A stretch of 35,518 nt of DNA from Desulfobacteraceae bacterium (GTDB taxonomy: Bacteria; Desulfobacterota; Desulfobacteria; Desulfobacterales; DAOWNP01), in assembly GCA_030642545.1 (NCBI GenBank), contig DAOWNP010000001.1, positions 1-35,518 of the forward strand. The letters run 5' to 3'. A program made the position numbers and the translations under genes. The notes under the pieces are model-generated. The model searched no databases and was not told the DNA's origin. It saw nothing but the letters and a program-made list of their open reading frames with translations. Shown here piece by piece: positions 1 to 10,131 of this stretch (position 1 is the first letter of the stretch; the number at the start of each line of letters is the position of its first letter).

Positions 1-230
1 GTTTTTGCATGCAATTCAACATATTGGCACAATGCCTTTTTCAAAGTACTATACATAGGGATGTAGGCAATGTTTTGAACTCGTAAATGTCCAAAAAATA
101 CCCAACTAACTGATTTGACACTATTATAGGTACAAATTCGATGTTTGAGATACGAGGTCTGAACTAATAGCGTTTTATCTATAATCCCGCATCTTAAAAA
201 TACACCAAAGCATATGGATTTGATGATCAT
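1..230 (-). CDS. possible partial ORF (5' part; continues past the window start), unknown function
   Basis: The minus-strand frame stays open from 266 down to base 3 (~88 codons), which is unusual for this AT-rich DNA. The first ATG is at 230. No motif is recognised and there is no convincing SD. It is absent from the supplied track because it has no stop inside the window. Confidence 0.2.
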   Translation of the reverse strand, partial: MIIKSICFGVFLRCGIIDKTLLVQTSYLKHRICTYNSVKSVSWVFFGHLRVQNIAYIPMYSTLKKALCQYVELHAK

Positions 231-237
231 TTTAAAT

Positions 238-258
238 ATGCTGCCTTTATCGCAGCAT
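238..258. other. perfect 7-bp GC-rich hairpin ATGCTGC-N7-GCAGCAT (terminator or recoding signal, undecided)
   Basis: The inverted repeat is read directly. On the + strand it is followed by GCACTTTTT. On the - strand it begins 8 nt after an in-frame TGA (269..267). Confidence 0.4.
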
Positions 259-377
259 GCACTTTTTCACTGTACATTCCCTTGAAAATCCTTTTCAAGC
301 ATATCGAGATGGCTTTTGATTATATTATCTAAAATCATAAAACGCATCTTCCTCAATTACACATCATAATTTCCAAA

Positions 378-1517
378 TCAAATATCCGGTACATGCAGTT
401 TAAGATTATAAAAAAGTTTATAGTTACCCTTCATACCTGAATTATCCGACGATGCAACTATCAATCTCTCTTGCCCTTTCACCATAATAAGAGTGCCCAT
501 CCCATCCTGCATATACATTCCACCATCATTCCAGCCTCTTTTTTTGAGCTTTTGTTTATAAAAGGTAAAAACCTGTTTTAATGAAGCATTACTTCCCATA
601 GTCACGGTATAGATATTTGGAGATTTCATTTCTGTTCCAATCTTATCGCCAGGATGTTTGGGAATTATCTTCCACAAACCACTTGCTGCCCCTTTATCCA
701 TATTAATCTGCCTGCTCGTATTCATTGCCTGAGTCATAATTTGCTGAAGCTGTTCCATTTGTTCTGGATCAGCATTCTCACCTAAAACCTGCTTTAATTC
801 TGACACAATTTCTTTCACATCTATATCATTAATATTTGTTTGGGAATCTGATTGCCGGCTTTTATTACTAAATCCACTTTTTTTCCCGACCATTGCAGCA
901 AAATCCATACCCATAACAGCCATTATACTATTCACTTTTTTGTATCCTACTGGACGTCGAAATAATTTTTTAGATGGTTCCCCTGTATTTATATTTCTAA
1001 ACTCCATTACTTGTCCGTTCTCCATCTGTATTCTTAAAGGAAATTTAAAGTTATCATTCACCCACAAAATTTCCGTACTTGTATGTTTCATTCCCATTAT
1101 TGACGTAGTTGTAGTCACCTCTTTTTTTACACACTTATATCCACTAACCTTTTCTGTGCTAAGAATCTTTTCTGAATCAACATTTTCGTACGATTTTAAT
1201 TTTTTCAGCATATCATCTTCATCTATTTGAGACTCAAAAAATAATTTTTTATCATGATTGTAAATATATTGTGTGTTTTGTTTTATAAATCCAAAAACAC
1301 TTAAATTCCGTGTTATACCGCCATGTCCCCCTATAGGCAATCCATCCATTCGATAAGCATTTTTTGTAATATATAATTTTGAAGTATTAATCACTTTTCC
1401 ATTATGCGAAATCATAACCTGATCTGTAGAAAAACTCTCAATTTTACCACCAAAAAATGCATGAGATGGTAAGGGAAATATCATAAAACACAAAAAAACT
1501 ACTAAAAAAAATTTCAT
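378..1517 (-). CDS. secreted/periplasmic hypothetical protein
   Basis: Track ORF 378..1553. The likely start is the internal Met at 1517, giving MKFFLVVFLCFMIFPLPSHA, a classical signal peptide. No catalytic motif is recognised. The N-terminal half looks like a LolA/DUF4412-type beta fold, but this is a weak impression only. Confidence 0.8.
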   Translation of the reverse strand: MKFFLVVFLCFMIFPLPSHAFFGGKIESFSTDQVMISHNGKVINTSKLYITKNAYRMDGLPIGGHGGITRNLSVFGFIKQNTQYIYNHDKKLFFESQIDEDDMLKKLKSYENVDSEKILSTEKVSGYKCVKKEVTTTTSIMGMKHTSTEILWVNDNFKFPLRIQMENGQVMEFRNINTGEPSKKLFRRPVGYKKVNSIMAVMGMDFAAMVGKKSGFSNKSRQSDSQTNINDIDVKEIVSELKQVLGENADPEQMEQLQQIMTQAMNTSRQINMDKGAASGLWKIIPKHPGDKIGTEMKSPNIYTVTMGSNASLKQVFTFYKQKLKKRGWNDGGMYMQDGMGTLIMVKGQERLIVASSDNSGMKGNYKLFYNLKLHVPDI

Positions 1518-1753
1518 TCTTATGTTACTGTAAACAATATTGGTAAATTCCATTAAATCCCCCTTGAAAAAATTATAATATCCAGTTTATCCCAAAATTG
1601 ATAATACAACTGAAATAATAATTAGTTACACCAAAGAGATTTGTTTATCAATCTGTATTCAAAAAGTTTTTTTATCTTGTATATTTAATTTTGAAAAGAG
1701 CAGCTATAAAAATTGCAGGGGATATAAGAAAGAATTAAAACTAATCTCCAGTT

Positions 1754-2539
1754 TTATAAACTGCTGATATTATACAACCTGCATGTATTGTCAAAAATAA
1801 TAGATGAGAGCTCTTCTTTATTATCTCCTCTTGTTTCTGCAAGTTTTAACAAAACGGATTTAACAAAAGCCGGCTCATTACGCCGAAAGTGATTTTTTTC
1901 AGGGGCAGGGGTTAAATAAGGAGCATCTGTTTCAATCAGAAGTCTTTTGTCAGGAATTTCAGGCACAAGCTTTCTCAAAGCAGCACCTCGGCCTTTTATG
2001 GTAATAATTCCGGTTATACCTATATAAAGACCCATAGACAGATAAGCTAAAAGCTCTGATCTGTTTCCACTAAAACAATGCACTACACCATTAACATCTC
2101 CGCTTGTATTTGCCTTTAAAATTTCAAGAAACCGCCCTTTGCTATCTCTTTCATGAAAAATAATTGGAAGGTCTAAGCTTACTGCTCTCTCTATCTGCTT
2201 TATAAACCATTTTTCCTGAACTACTTTTGAAGAGAACATCCTGTTAAAATCAAGACCAATCTCACCCCATGCTTTTACTTTAGGACTTTCAGACAATTTT
2301 TCAAGTTTATCTAACACATTTGTATTACAATCTTTAGCATCATGTGGATGTATTCCAACTGATGCAAACAGACCTGAAAATTTTTCAGCAAGAGTTACCG
2401 CTTTTATTGAACTTTTTCGGGTCACACCTACAACCATCATATTAGAGACACCTGCTGCATTTGCTTTACTAATCACATCTTTTTGATCATTATCATATAA
2501 ATGATCATCTAAATGGCAATGACTATCAAATAATTTCAT
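1754..2539 (-). CDS. tatD: TatD-family metal-dependent hydrolase/DNase
   Basis: MKLFDSHCHLDD start motif (HxH) and conserved GIHPHD, GEIGLD, FHERD, VHCFSG and ETDAPYL blocks. The start is trimmed to Met29 of the track ORF (ATG at 2539). Confidence 0.9.
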   Translation of the reverse strand: MKLFDSHCHLDDHLYDNDQKDVISKANAAGVSNMMVVGVTRKSSIKAVTLAEKFSGLFASVGIHPHDAKDCNTNVLDKLEKLSESPKVKAWGEIGLDFNRMFSSKVVQEKWFIKQIERAVSLDLPIIFHERDSKGRFLEILKANTSGDVNGVVHCFSGNRSELLAYLSMGLYIGITGIITIKGRGAALRKLVPEIPDKRLLIETDAPYLTPAPEKNHFRRNEPAFVKSVLLKLAETRGDNKEELSSIIFDNTCRLYNISSL

Positions 2540-2687
2540 TATTTTCAAAAACACCTTTTTTATAAAAATAAAGTTCCCGTTCTCAAGGAATGTTGACCAA
2601 ATAATTTCCACAAACAGGCACATAGATTAGGCAAAGATGGCCTGTATCCATGATGTATAATTGGGAAAGAAAGTTTTATCCATGTTC

Positions 2688-4091
2688 TTAACTAATATTA
2701 AGTTTTGAAAGACGATACCTCATTGATCTGAAACTAATGTCTAAAAGCACTGCTGCTTTACTTTTATTTCCGTTACAACAATCTATAGCTTTTTTCAAAT
2801 AAGCACTCTCAATCTCTTCTAATATTTTATCAAGAGCTACCCCGTTTGAGACCTCTTCCAAATCAAAACGCTTTTTTTCCATCCCTTCTATCCACCTTCT
2901 TTTGTGAATGGAAATAGACAGACTTTCAGGTAAAATTATATTTGTGGTAGAAAGAGCAACACTTCTTTCAATAATATTTTCAAGTTCTCTGACATTACCA
3001 GGAAAATCATATTTATTAAGCATATCTATGGCATAGGAAGATACTTTTGTTATTGTCTTACCCATCTCTACTGAATACTTTTCAAAAAAAAACTGGGCCA
3101 ATGCTCTTATATCGCTTTTTCTCTCTCTTAAAGCTGGAACCTTTATTTCTATTACATTAAGTCTGTAAAACAGGTCCTCTCTAAAATGTCCGTCTATCAC
3201 TTCTTTTTCTAAGTTTTTATTTGTAGCAGAAATTATTCTGATATCAACTTCAATATCTTTAACACCACCTACTCTTTTAAAAATTCTTTCCTGAACAGCT
3301 CTTAAAAGCTTAACCTGAAGCCCATGACTTAACTCCCCTATCTCGTCTAAAAAAATTGTCCCCTCATGTGCTTCCTCAAAAAGCCCCTTTTTATCATTTG
3401 CTGCTCCTGTAAAAGCACCTTTTTTATGCCCAAAAAGCTCACTCTCCATAAGTGCTTCAGGGATTCCTCCACAATTTAGCACAACAAAAGAATTTTTTCC
3501 CCTTTTACTCTGTTCATGAATTGCCCTTGCTATGGCTTCTTTACCTGTCCCGCTTTCACCTGTTATAAGTACATTGATTTTACTTTGGGCTACTTGTTTT
3601 ATCAATTCATATATATGCATCATTCTTGGGCTTGACCCAACTATCCGCTTAAAATGAAGATCGGTTTCTCCTTTATTTCCATCATCATCAAGAGTAGCAG
3701 CAACTGTAGATTGAAAATTTAAAGCATGACTTATTGTATTAAGCAATTCATTATTATCAAAGGGCTTGGGAACAAAATCATAAGCTCCTTCATTCATTGC
3801 TTCAACTGCAGTTTCTGTGGTTGCATATGCTGAAATCATAATAGCTACAACCTTATGGTTTTTTTTTTTTGCAGCTCTTAAGACATCAAGACCTGTTAAA
3901 TCACCCAGTTTGATATCACATAAAACAAGATCAAAGTTTTTTTTACCTATTAAAGAGACAGCTTGTTTACCATTTTTAGCAAGAGTTACTTCATAATCTT
4001 CTTTTTCCAGCATTATTTGGAGAAACTCGCGCATACTTAATTCATCATCAACAACAAGTATAGATTGGCTGCCGGTTTTTGAATAATTCAT
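2688..4091 (-). CDS. sigma-54-dependent response regulator (NtrC/AtoC family: REC + AAA+ + Fis-type HTH)
   Basis: The receiver domain has the LVLCDIKLGD acceptor Asp. The AAA+ domain has Walker A GESGTGKE and the GAFTGA sigma-54 contact loop (KKGAFTGA). A C-terminal HTH (AAVLLDISFRSMRYRLSK) is present. Confidence 0.93.
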   Translation of the reverse strand: MNYSKTGSQSILVVDDELSMREFLQIMLEKEDYEVTLAKNGKQAVSLIGKKNFDLVLCDIKLGDLTGLDVLRAAKKKNHKVVAIMISAYATTETAVEAMNEGAYDFVPKPFDNNELLNTISHALNFQSTVAATLDDDGNKGETDLHFKRIVGSSPRMMHIYELIKQVAQSKINVLITGESGTGKEAIARAIHEQSKRGKNSFVVLNCGGIPEALMESELFGHKKGAFTGAANDKKGLFEEAHEGTIFLDEIGELSHGLQVKLLRAVQERIFKRVGGVKDIEVDIRIISATNKNLEKEVIDGHFREDLFYRLNVIEIKVPALRERKSDIRALAQFFFEKYSVEMGKTITKVSSYAIDMLNKYDFPGNVRELENIIERSVALSTTNIILPESLSISIHKRRWIEGMEKKRFDLEEVSNGVALDKILEEIESAYLKKAIDCCNGNKSKAAVLLDISFRSMRYRLSKLNIS

Positions 4092-4203
4092 TTTTTACCT
4101 ATTTTTTGATGATTTGAAAGGTTTTGGATAATTGTACAATAAATCTATTAAAAAATATCTATATAGACTTTAAGGAACACACCCAAAATTTTTACATTAG
4201 GGT

Positions 4204-5490
4204 CTATAGTTCTGAATAAACTATTTTACCTCCCACCATTGTTAAAACAGCCCGACCTTTTAACTGCCATCCGTCAAATGGTGTATTTTTCGACAATGAA
4301 TAAAAATCTTTCAAACAAACAGTATAGTTTAAATCAGGATCAATTATTGTAATATCTGCTATAATTCCTGGCCTGACACCAGTTTCAAGTCCTAATATTT
4401 TAGCCGGATTAGTTGACATTTTTTCAATAAGAGCAAATAGAGTCAATCTGTTTTCATGAACCAGTTTTAATCCCAGAGACAGAGAAGTTTCAAGACCAAT
4501 AATCCCGTTTTGAGCAAGGTCAAACTCAAGCTCTTTTTCAATAACTGCATGAGGTGCATGATCTGTGGCAATAACATCAATAGTATTGTCAAAAAGTCCG
4601 CCTATTACAGCTTCCCTATCTTCATCACTCCTTAAAGGCGGATTCATTTTAGCATTTGTATTATAACCTAAAACAGCTTTGTCTGTAAGAGTAAAATAGT
4701 GAGGAGCTGTTTCAGCTGTAACTGAAATACCTGCAGCTTTAGCATGGCCTATCGCAATTACAGATTCTTTTGTACTAACATGTGCTATATGAACATGCGT
4801 TTTAGTCAGCTTAGAAAGAGCAATATCCCTCATAACCATAATTGATTCAGATTCATTTGCTATTCCGGAAAGCCCCAACAGTGTTGATACATCACCTTCA
4901 TTCATAACTCCATGATCTGCAAGCTCTAAATCTTCACAATGGGAGATAATAAAAAGCCCCATTCCTCCTGCATATTCCAATGCACGTCTCATAAAAAGAC
5001 TACTTTCTACAGGATGCCCATCATCTGAGAATGCGATAGCTCCTGCCTCTTTTAAATGAGAAAATTCAGACAGCTTTTTACCCAAAAGACCACAGCTTAT
5101 AGAAGCCACAGGATAAACTCTTGATAGATTCAAATCACCGGCTTTTTTTAATATATATTCCGTAACTTCTTTATTGTCATTAACAGGATTGGTATTTGGC
5201 ATACAACAAATAGCAGTAAATCCACCATGCACTGCAGCACGGCAGCCAGTCTCAATAGTTTCTTTATATTCATGACCAGGCTCACGCAAATGCACATGCA
5301 TATCAATCAAACCGGGAGAGACTATTTTATTAGATGCATCTATTATTTTAAAATCTTTTTCTCTTTCAATACCTGCGGGTTTACTTAAACCAACATGAAT
5401 TATTTTATCATTTTTAATATAAACATCTGATATTTCATCAATATTTTGACCGGGATCTATAACTCTGCCACCGATAATCTTAATTATCAT
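4204..5490 (-). CDS. pyrC: dihydroorotase
   Basis: DMHVHLREPG motif, an HVS..K block and ATDHAPH. The start is trimmed to MIIKIIGGRVID (ATG at 5490). It overlaps the pyrB stop by 11 nt, which is typical of pyrB-pyrC coupling. Confidence 0.93.
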   Translation of the reverse strand: MIIKIIGGRVIDPGQNIDEISDVYIKNDKIIHVGLSKPAGIEREKDFKIIDASNKIVSPGLIDMHVHLREPGHEYKETIETGCRAAVHGGFTAICCMPNTNPVNDNKEVTEYILKKAGDLNLSRVYPVASISCGLLGKKLSEFSHLKEAGAIAFSDDGHPVESSLFMRRALEYAGGMGLFIISHCEDLELADHGVMNEGDVSTLLGLSGIANESESIMVMRDIALSKLTKTHVHIAHVSTKESVIAIGHAKAAGISVTAETAPHYFTLTDKAVLGYNTNAKMNPPLRSDEDREAVIGGLFDNTIDVIATDHAPHAVIEKELEFDLAQNGIIGLETSLSLGLKLVHENRLTLFALIEKMSTNPAKILGLETGVRPGIIADITIIDPDLNYTVCLKDFYSLSKNTPFDGWQLKGRAVLTMVGGKIVYSEL

Positions 5491-6412
5491 CTTTAATGCC
5501 TCCTGCGAGTAGATAAAATAGAGCCATTCTGACAGCAACCCCGTTGGTAACCTGATCAAGTATTATAGAAAAGGGGCTGTCTGCTGCATCGTTAGATATT
5601 TCAACTCCTCTGTTTACAGGTCCGGGATGCATAATCAATACATCCTGATCAGCATTTTCTATATGTTTTAGAGACAATCCATATACTTTATTATATTCTC
5701 TTTCAGAAGAGAGTAAAAAATGCTTTTGTCTCTCTTTTTGAAGTCTTAAAACCATAATAACATCAGCACCTTTAACAGCTTTTGAAAAATCAGTTTCTAC
5801 TCTGCATCCTAAAACCTCTATGCCTTTTGGGATCATAGTAGGCGGACCACAAACAACAACATATGCTCCCATTTTTATAAAACCTGTAATATCTGCTCTT
5901 GCCACCCGGCTATGGGCTATATCACCTATTATAGTTATACGTAACCCTTTTAAAGACCCTTTGTTCTCTCTTATTGTCATCAAATCAAGAAGAGATTGGG
6001 AAGGGTGGTCATGCATACCATCTCCTGCATTAATAACAGGAACAGAAAGCCTTTTTGATATAAAATGAGGTGCTCCTGAACAAAAATGACGCAATACTAT
6101 AATATCAGGATTCATAGATTCAAGATTTTTTACGGTATCAAGTAATGACTCACCCTTGACAACACTACTTGATGAAGCTGTCATGGAAATCACATCAGCA
6201 CTTAATCTCTTGGCTGCAACATCAAATGAGAGTCTGGTTCTTGTACTTGGTTCAAAAAAAACCAAAAAAATGGTTTTACCCCTTAATGTTGGAACCTTTT
6301 TTATTGGTCTTTTAGAGATATCTTTCATTTTTTCAGCTGTATCTAAAATAAAATTTATCTCTTCAGGTAACAAAGATGCAATATCAAGAATATCCTTGTT
6401 TCTAAGCTGCAT
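5480..6412 (-). CDS. pyrB: aspartate carbamoyltransferase catalytic subunit
   Basis: FFEPSTRTRLSF carbamoyl-phosphate site, HPSQ and HPGP motifs, 310 aa. Confidence 0.95.
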   Translation of the reverse strand: MQLRNKDILDIASLLPEEINFILDTAEKMKDISKRPIKKVPTLRGKTIFLVFFEPSTRTRLSFDVAAKRLSADVISMTASSSSVVKGESLLDTVKNLESMNPDIIVLRHFCSGAPHFISKRLSVPVINAGDGMHDHPSQSLLDLMTIRENKGSLKGLRITIIGDIAHSRVARADITGFIKMGAYVVVCGPPTMIPKGIEVLGCRVETDFSKAVKGADVIMVLRLQKERQKHFLLSSEREYNKVYGLSLKHIENADQDVLIMHPGPVNRGVEISNDAADSPFSIILDQVTNGVAVRMALFYLLAGGIKDDN

Positions 6413-6427
6413 GTTAAATCCATATCG

Positions 6428-7093
6428 TTATTTTAAAAGTTTAGCTATCCTTTTCCATCTCACATAATTTAAAACAGAATTTTTATTATCACTATCCCAT
6501 GACCAGTAAATAATAAAAGCCTTACCCCTTACAGCATCAAGATTTACAAATCCCCAGAACCTGCTGTCTAAGCTGTTATCTCTGTTGTCTCCCATAACAA
6601 ATAAAGAATTTTCAGGAACTTTAATAGGTCCAAAATTATCACGCAAACTCAACCCTTCCGGCAATATATCCTTACTTGAATAAATGGCATGCGGGGATTT
6701 TAATGGGATATTATTTACAAAAACCTGCTTATTCCTGCAAAACACAGTATCTCCTGCCAGCCCAACAACTCTTTTAATAAAATCTTTGTCAGGGTCTTCC
6801 GGATATTTAAATACTATAATATCCCCATGTTTTGGATCTGAGACTGAAATAATTTTATAATTTATAAATGGCAGTTTAACCCCATAAATAAATTTATTTA
6901 CAAGAATATGATCACCTATCTGCAAAGTCTCTTTCATAGATCCTGAAGGAATTTTAAAAGCCTGGACTATAAAGGTTCTGATAAGCAAAGCAAGTAGTAT
7001 GGCAATACATATTGCCTCTATATTTTCTCTTAATTTGCTTTTGCCAGACGATTTGGTTTCAATGTTTTTTTTATCAATCGCTTTTGTATTCAA
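6428..7093 (-). CDS. lepB: signal peptidase I
   Basis: N-terminal TM segment, catalytic Ser box IPSGSM, Lys box GDHILVNK, and GDNRDNSLDSRFWG. Confidence 0.93.
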   Translation of the reverse strand: MNTKAIDKKNIETKSSGKSKLRENIEAICIAILLALLIRTFIVQAFKIPSGSMKETLQIGDHILVNKFIYGVKLPFINYKIISVSDPKHGDIIVFKYPEDPDKDFIKRVVGLAGDTVFCRNKQVFVNNIPLKSPHAIYSSKDILPEGLSLRDNFGPIKVPENSLFVMGDNRDNSLDSRFWGFVNLDAVRGKAFIIYWSWDSDNKNSVLNYVRWKRIAKLLK

Positions 7094-7190
7094 CTGATTT
7101 TACCTCTTATACTTTATTTTTTTTAAAAAACAAATTACATGATATTTAGGATCATGGAAACAAATAAATCCCCAGTCCGGCTTGTCTTTA

Positions 7191-8372
7191 TTAATTTCCA
7201 TGACCCTGACTGGGAAGCAAAAATTGTGGCTGGGTCAAAAGAAATTTATCATCTTTAATCCATTTTTTTAAAATTTCTGCAATTTCACGTGCTCTTACCA
7301 CACTTGAAAGAGGCACTGCTGGTACTTTTTTACCAGAAAAATTAACAAAGCCACTCTTTAGCTCCTGATAGCTTACTTTACCCAGACTTTTTGCTTCTCC
7401 TGTTGGATATTCATGTCCATAATCAATTATCTGAGTATAAATATCCTCATCTCTTACTGCTGTATATTGTGCAATTTCTTCATTTAATACAGGTATTGGA
7501 ATTCCGAGTCCCACCGCCATAGAACATCCATACCCCTGCAAACTAACTCCCACAAGCCACCTCGGACTCATCTGTTTCATATCACCCATAACCCATAATG
7601 TCCCTGCTGGATTTACAGGTATGCCTTTTGAAGTTCTATCTACACAAGGATTATGCTGTGTACCATGCCAGGTCACATAGCCTGTTCCACCTCCTAAAAA
7701 GATTCTTGTGCCAAGCCCAATGGTTTTATAATAAGGATCATTGAACAATGGACTCAGCTGCCCGGCAGAACAATAATTTACATTACCTGCCTTTGGTTTT
7801 AAAGCACCCATATATGTATAAATAATTTTGTTTTTAAGATTTATTGCACAATTATAATTTTGATATCCATTTCTGGGGTTACACAGTGTAGCCTGGGGCA
7901 AATCATCTATAGTTACTTCTTTTTCAACATTCAGCTTAGGATAACAATGTGTACCATACCCTTCAGCCTGCAGCAGGATTTTCTTGCCAGCTACGAGATC
8001 CTGTATTACATGCCCTCCTCCATAATTAAATTCACCTGGAAAAATTTTATTTAAAGGATCATCTGCCTTAGCTTCAGTAGCGCCTATATAACAATCTACT
8101 GCTGCGATTCCAGCATATGCAGCAACATTATTTAACATAACACTGGATGCTTTAATACCTGGCTTTGAATGACCAAAATTTATAAAAGCCCCTGATGAAC
8201 ACATGGGAGCGAATGTACCTGTAGTAACTACATCGACCTGTTGTGCTGCCTCAACAGATCCTTTTTTATCAACAATATCAATAATTTCTTCTGCAGTAAC
8301 AACAACGGCCTCACCTGATTTAATCTTTTGATTTATTTCAGCATACGTTTTTTTTACTATGGTCTCCTGCAT
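7191..8372 (-). CDS. COG1900/DUF39-family protein (homocysteine biosynthesis type)
   Basis: The N-terminus (EINQKIKSGEAVVVTAEE ... VDVVTTGTFAPMCSSGAFINFGHS ... AYAGIAAVDCYIGATE) matches my recollection of the MJ0100/MA1821-type COG1900 domain. No CBS domains are appended. Confidence 0.75.
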   Translation of the reverse strand: MQETIVKKTYAEINQKIKSGEAVVVTAEEIIDIVDKKGSVEAAQQVDVVTTGTFAPMCSSGAFINFGHSKPGIKASSVMLNNVAAYAGIAAVDCYIGATEAKADDPLNKIFPGEFNYGGGHVIQDLVAGKKILLQAEGYGTHCYPKLNVEKEVTIDDLPQATLCNPRNGYQNYNCAINLKNKIIYTYMGALKPKAGNVNYCSAGQLSPLFNDPYYKTIGLGTRIFLGGGTGYVTWHGTQHNPCVDRTSKGIPVNPAGTLWVMGDMKQMSPRWLVGVSLQGYGCSMAVGLGIPIPVLNEEIAQYTAVRDEDIYTQIIDYGHEYPTGEAKSLGKVSYQELKSGFVNFSGKKVPAVPLSSVVRAREIAEILKKWIKDDKFLLTQPQFLLPSQGHGN

Positions 8373-8463
8373 TCTTTATAAATTCCTTTATACTTTCTAA
8401 AGCATCATAGATAATATTTCATTCACATATAAACGGAATTTATTTTATCTATACCTCTATTTA

Positions 8464-9840
8464 TTATTCTCTTTCCTTAACCATTTCAATCTTTGTGGTA
8501 ATATTATTTTTTATCCACTTTTTATCCCACCACTCTATAGGGTTTACAAAAGTATTATGTATTATCATTCCAAAATGCAGATGATCTCCACCTGCCAACC
8601 CTGTAATACCTGTCTGGCCTATACCTTCTCCTTTAGATAATACCTGACCTGCTACAACATCTATCTGACTTAAATGAGAATATGTACTAAGTACTCCAAA
8701 CCCATGATCTAACACAACTGTTTTACCGTAAATACCAACATTATCTCCAAAAACAACAACTCCTTTATTTGCTGCAACAACTGTTGAATGTGCAACTGAT
8801 GCCAGATCTATACCAAGATGAACCTGCTTGTCTATTACCCTGCCTCTGTATTTATAACTCCGTGAATCAGCAAAAGTTGCTCTTGTAGCTGAGTTTGGTA
8901 GTCTTAAAAAGCTGCCTTCCCAAAATATTTTCTTTGCTGTTTTTGCACCCTGAGCCAATATTAATGCTCCATTTTTTTTCCTTAACATTGTATTTACAGA
9001 AATAAATTTATCAATAGGAATATTAGATTCATCCATATTATCAATATTAAATTCAGGCATTTTCCATTCTAAAAAACGATCTGATATATTAATAACATCT
9101 TTTTTAAAGCGTTTCTTTTTTATATAATGGTACAAACCACATTTTGCCACATTACCTGCTTTATCAAAAGCCTGTATAATAATTTTTGTTTTGTTATTCT
9201 GATCAAAGTTCAAAGCAAAAAAAGCCATATATATATCTTTATTTTTAAAATATCCGGAATATCCTGGAAAAAAACGTCCTCCTACCAATACCCCGCTTTT
9301 TTCAATCTCCTCTGTTATTTTATAAATTGCAAGCCCTGACCCACCCATAGATATATTATGCTGTCTTGTCAAAACACTTACATAAGGAGGTTTTGTATCT
9401 ATAACAAACTGTTGTTCCATATAAAAACGATTACCCTGAAACCATTTTCTCCATGAATAATCAGTAACAACTATTCTCAAAATAGCTTTACCATCACTTA
9501 AATTCAATTTTAAAGGTTCAATATCTATACTAAGCTCTGTTTCTTTAATTTTACCACCCCTGATAAAATCAACAGCAGGAAATCTTTTTTCCAAAAGAAT
9601 CTTGTCTACTCCATCTTTATTTATATAAACATTTACCTTCCTCAAACCACTTTTTTTATCTGAAATTTTAAGAGGTATTGTAAGATGTCTGCCTATAAAT
9701 TCCGAATGCAAATCAAGATTTACTAAAGGTTTTTCACCTTCAAACCGCATAACAAACACTATAACAACAGGAATTAATATAATACAAAATAAAATTATAA
9801 TAAATTTCTTCCCAACACTTTTTTTGTTTTTTGATCTCAC
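8464..9840 (-). CDS. membrane-anchored M23 (LytM-type) metallopeptidase
   Basis: The C-terminal HLGIDLA ... GDHLHFGMI block gives the M23 HxxxD/HxH motifs, and there is one N-terminal TM helix. The track ORF extends to 9915. I prefer GTG at 9840 because AAGGGG lies 9 nt upstream of it. ATG at 9915 remains possible. Confidence 0.85.
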   Translation of the reverse strand: MRSKNKKSVGKKFIIILFCIILIPVVIVFVMRFEGEKPLVNLDLHSEFIGRHLTIPLKISDKKSGLRKVNVYINKDGVDKILLEKRFPAVDFIRGGKIKETELSIDIEPLKLNLSDGKAILRIVVTDYSWRKWFQGNRFYMEQQFVIDTKPPYVSVLTRQHNISMGGSGLAIYKITEEIEKSGVLVGGRFFPGYSGYFKNKDIYMAFFALNFDQNNKTKIIIQAFDKAGNVAKCGLYHYIKKKRFKKDVINISDRFLEWKMPEFNIDNMDESNIPIDKFISVNTMLRKKNGALILAQGAKTAKKIFWEGSFLRLPNSATRATFADSRSYKYRGRVIDKQVHLGIDLASVAHSTVVAANKGVVVFGDNVGIYGKTVVLDHGFGVLSTYSHLSQIDVVAGQVLSKGEGIGQTGITGLAGGDHLHFGMIIHNTFVNPIEWWDKKWIKNNITTKIEMVKERE

Positions 9841-10131
9841 CTGGGATATCCCCTTAATTATATATAAAAAAAAAGATTTTAAAAAATACGATTTGGTTAA
9901 AATAGCAGTCAACAAAATATACAGATAACAATTTTGATAAATTTAATTCAAAGACTACAAGCAGGCATATCTATAACAAAATTTTCACCATAAAATCTGC
10001 AAAAGAAGCTCTTTTTTTTTTGTCAAAATACGCTAATACTTAAGTAGTTATATCTGAAATTTATAATTTGTTCAAAATTTTATAAACATTATCAGTTATA
10101 GCCTGTGTAATCAAGGCAAAATTTTCACCTC

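Noticed and set aside
24-40. TTGGCAC at 24-30, resembling the -24 element of a sigma-54 promoter.
   Set aside because: The required TTGC at the -12 position (5 nt after TGGCAC) is absent; the sequence there is CTTT. The TGGACA...TTTGC pairs in the repeat copies at 17340 and 35443 also have the wrong GG-to-GC spacing (16-17 nt instead of 12).
7094-7190. The weak hairpin CATGAT-N7-ATCATG followed by a T-run (minus strand), as a terminator of the COG1900 gene.
   Set aside because: The stem is only 6 bp and AT-rich. It may be real, but it cannot be distinguished from chance.
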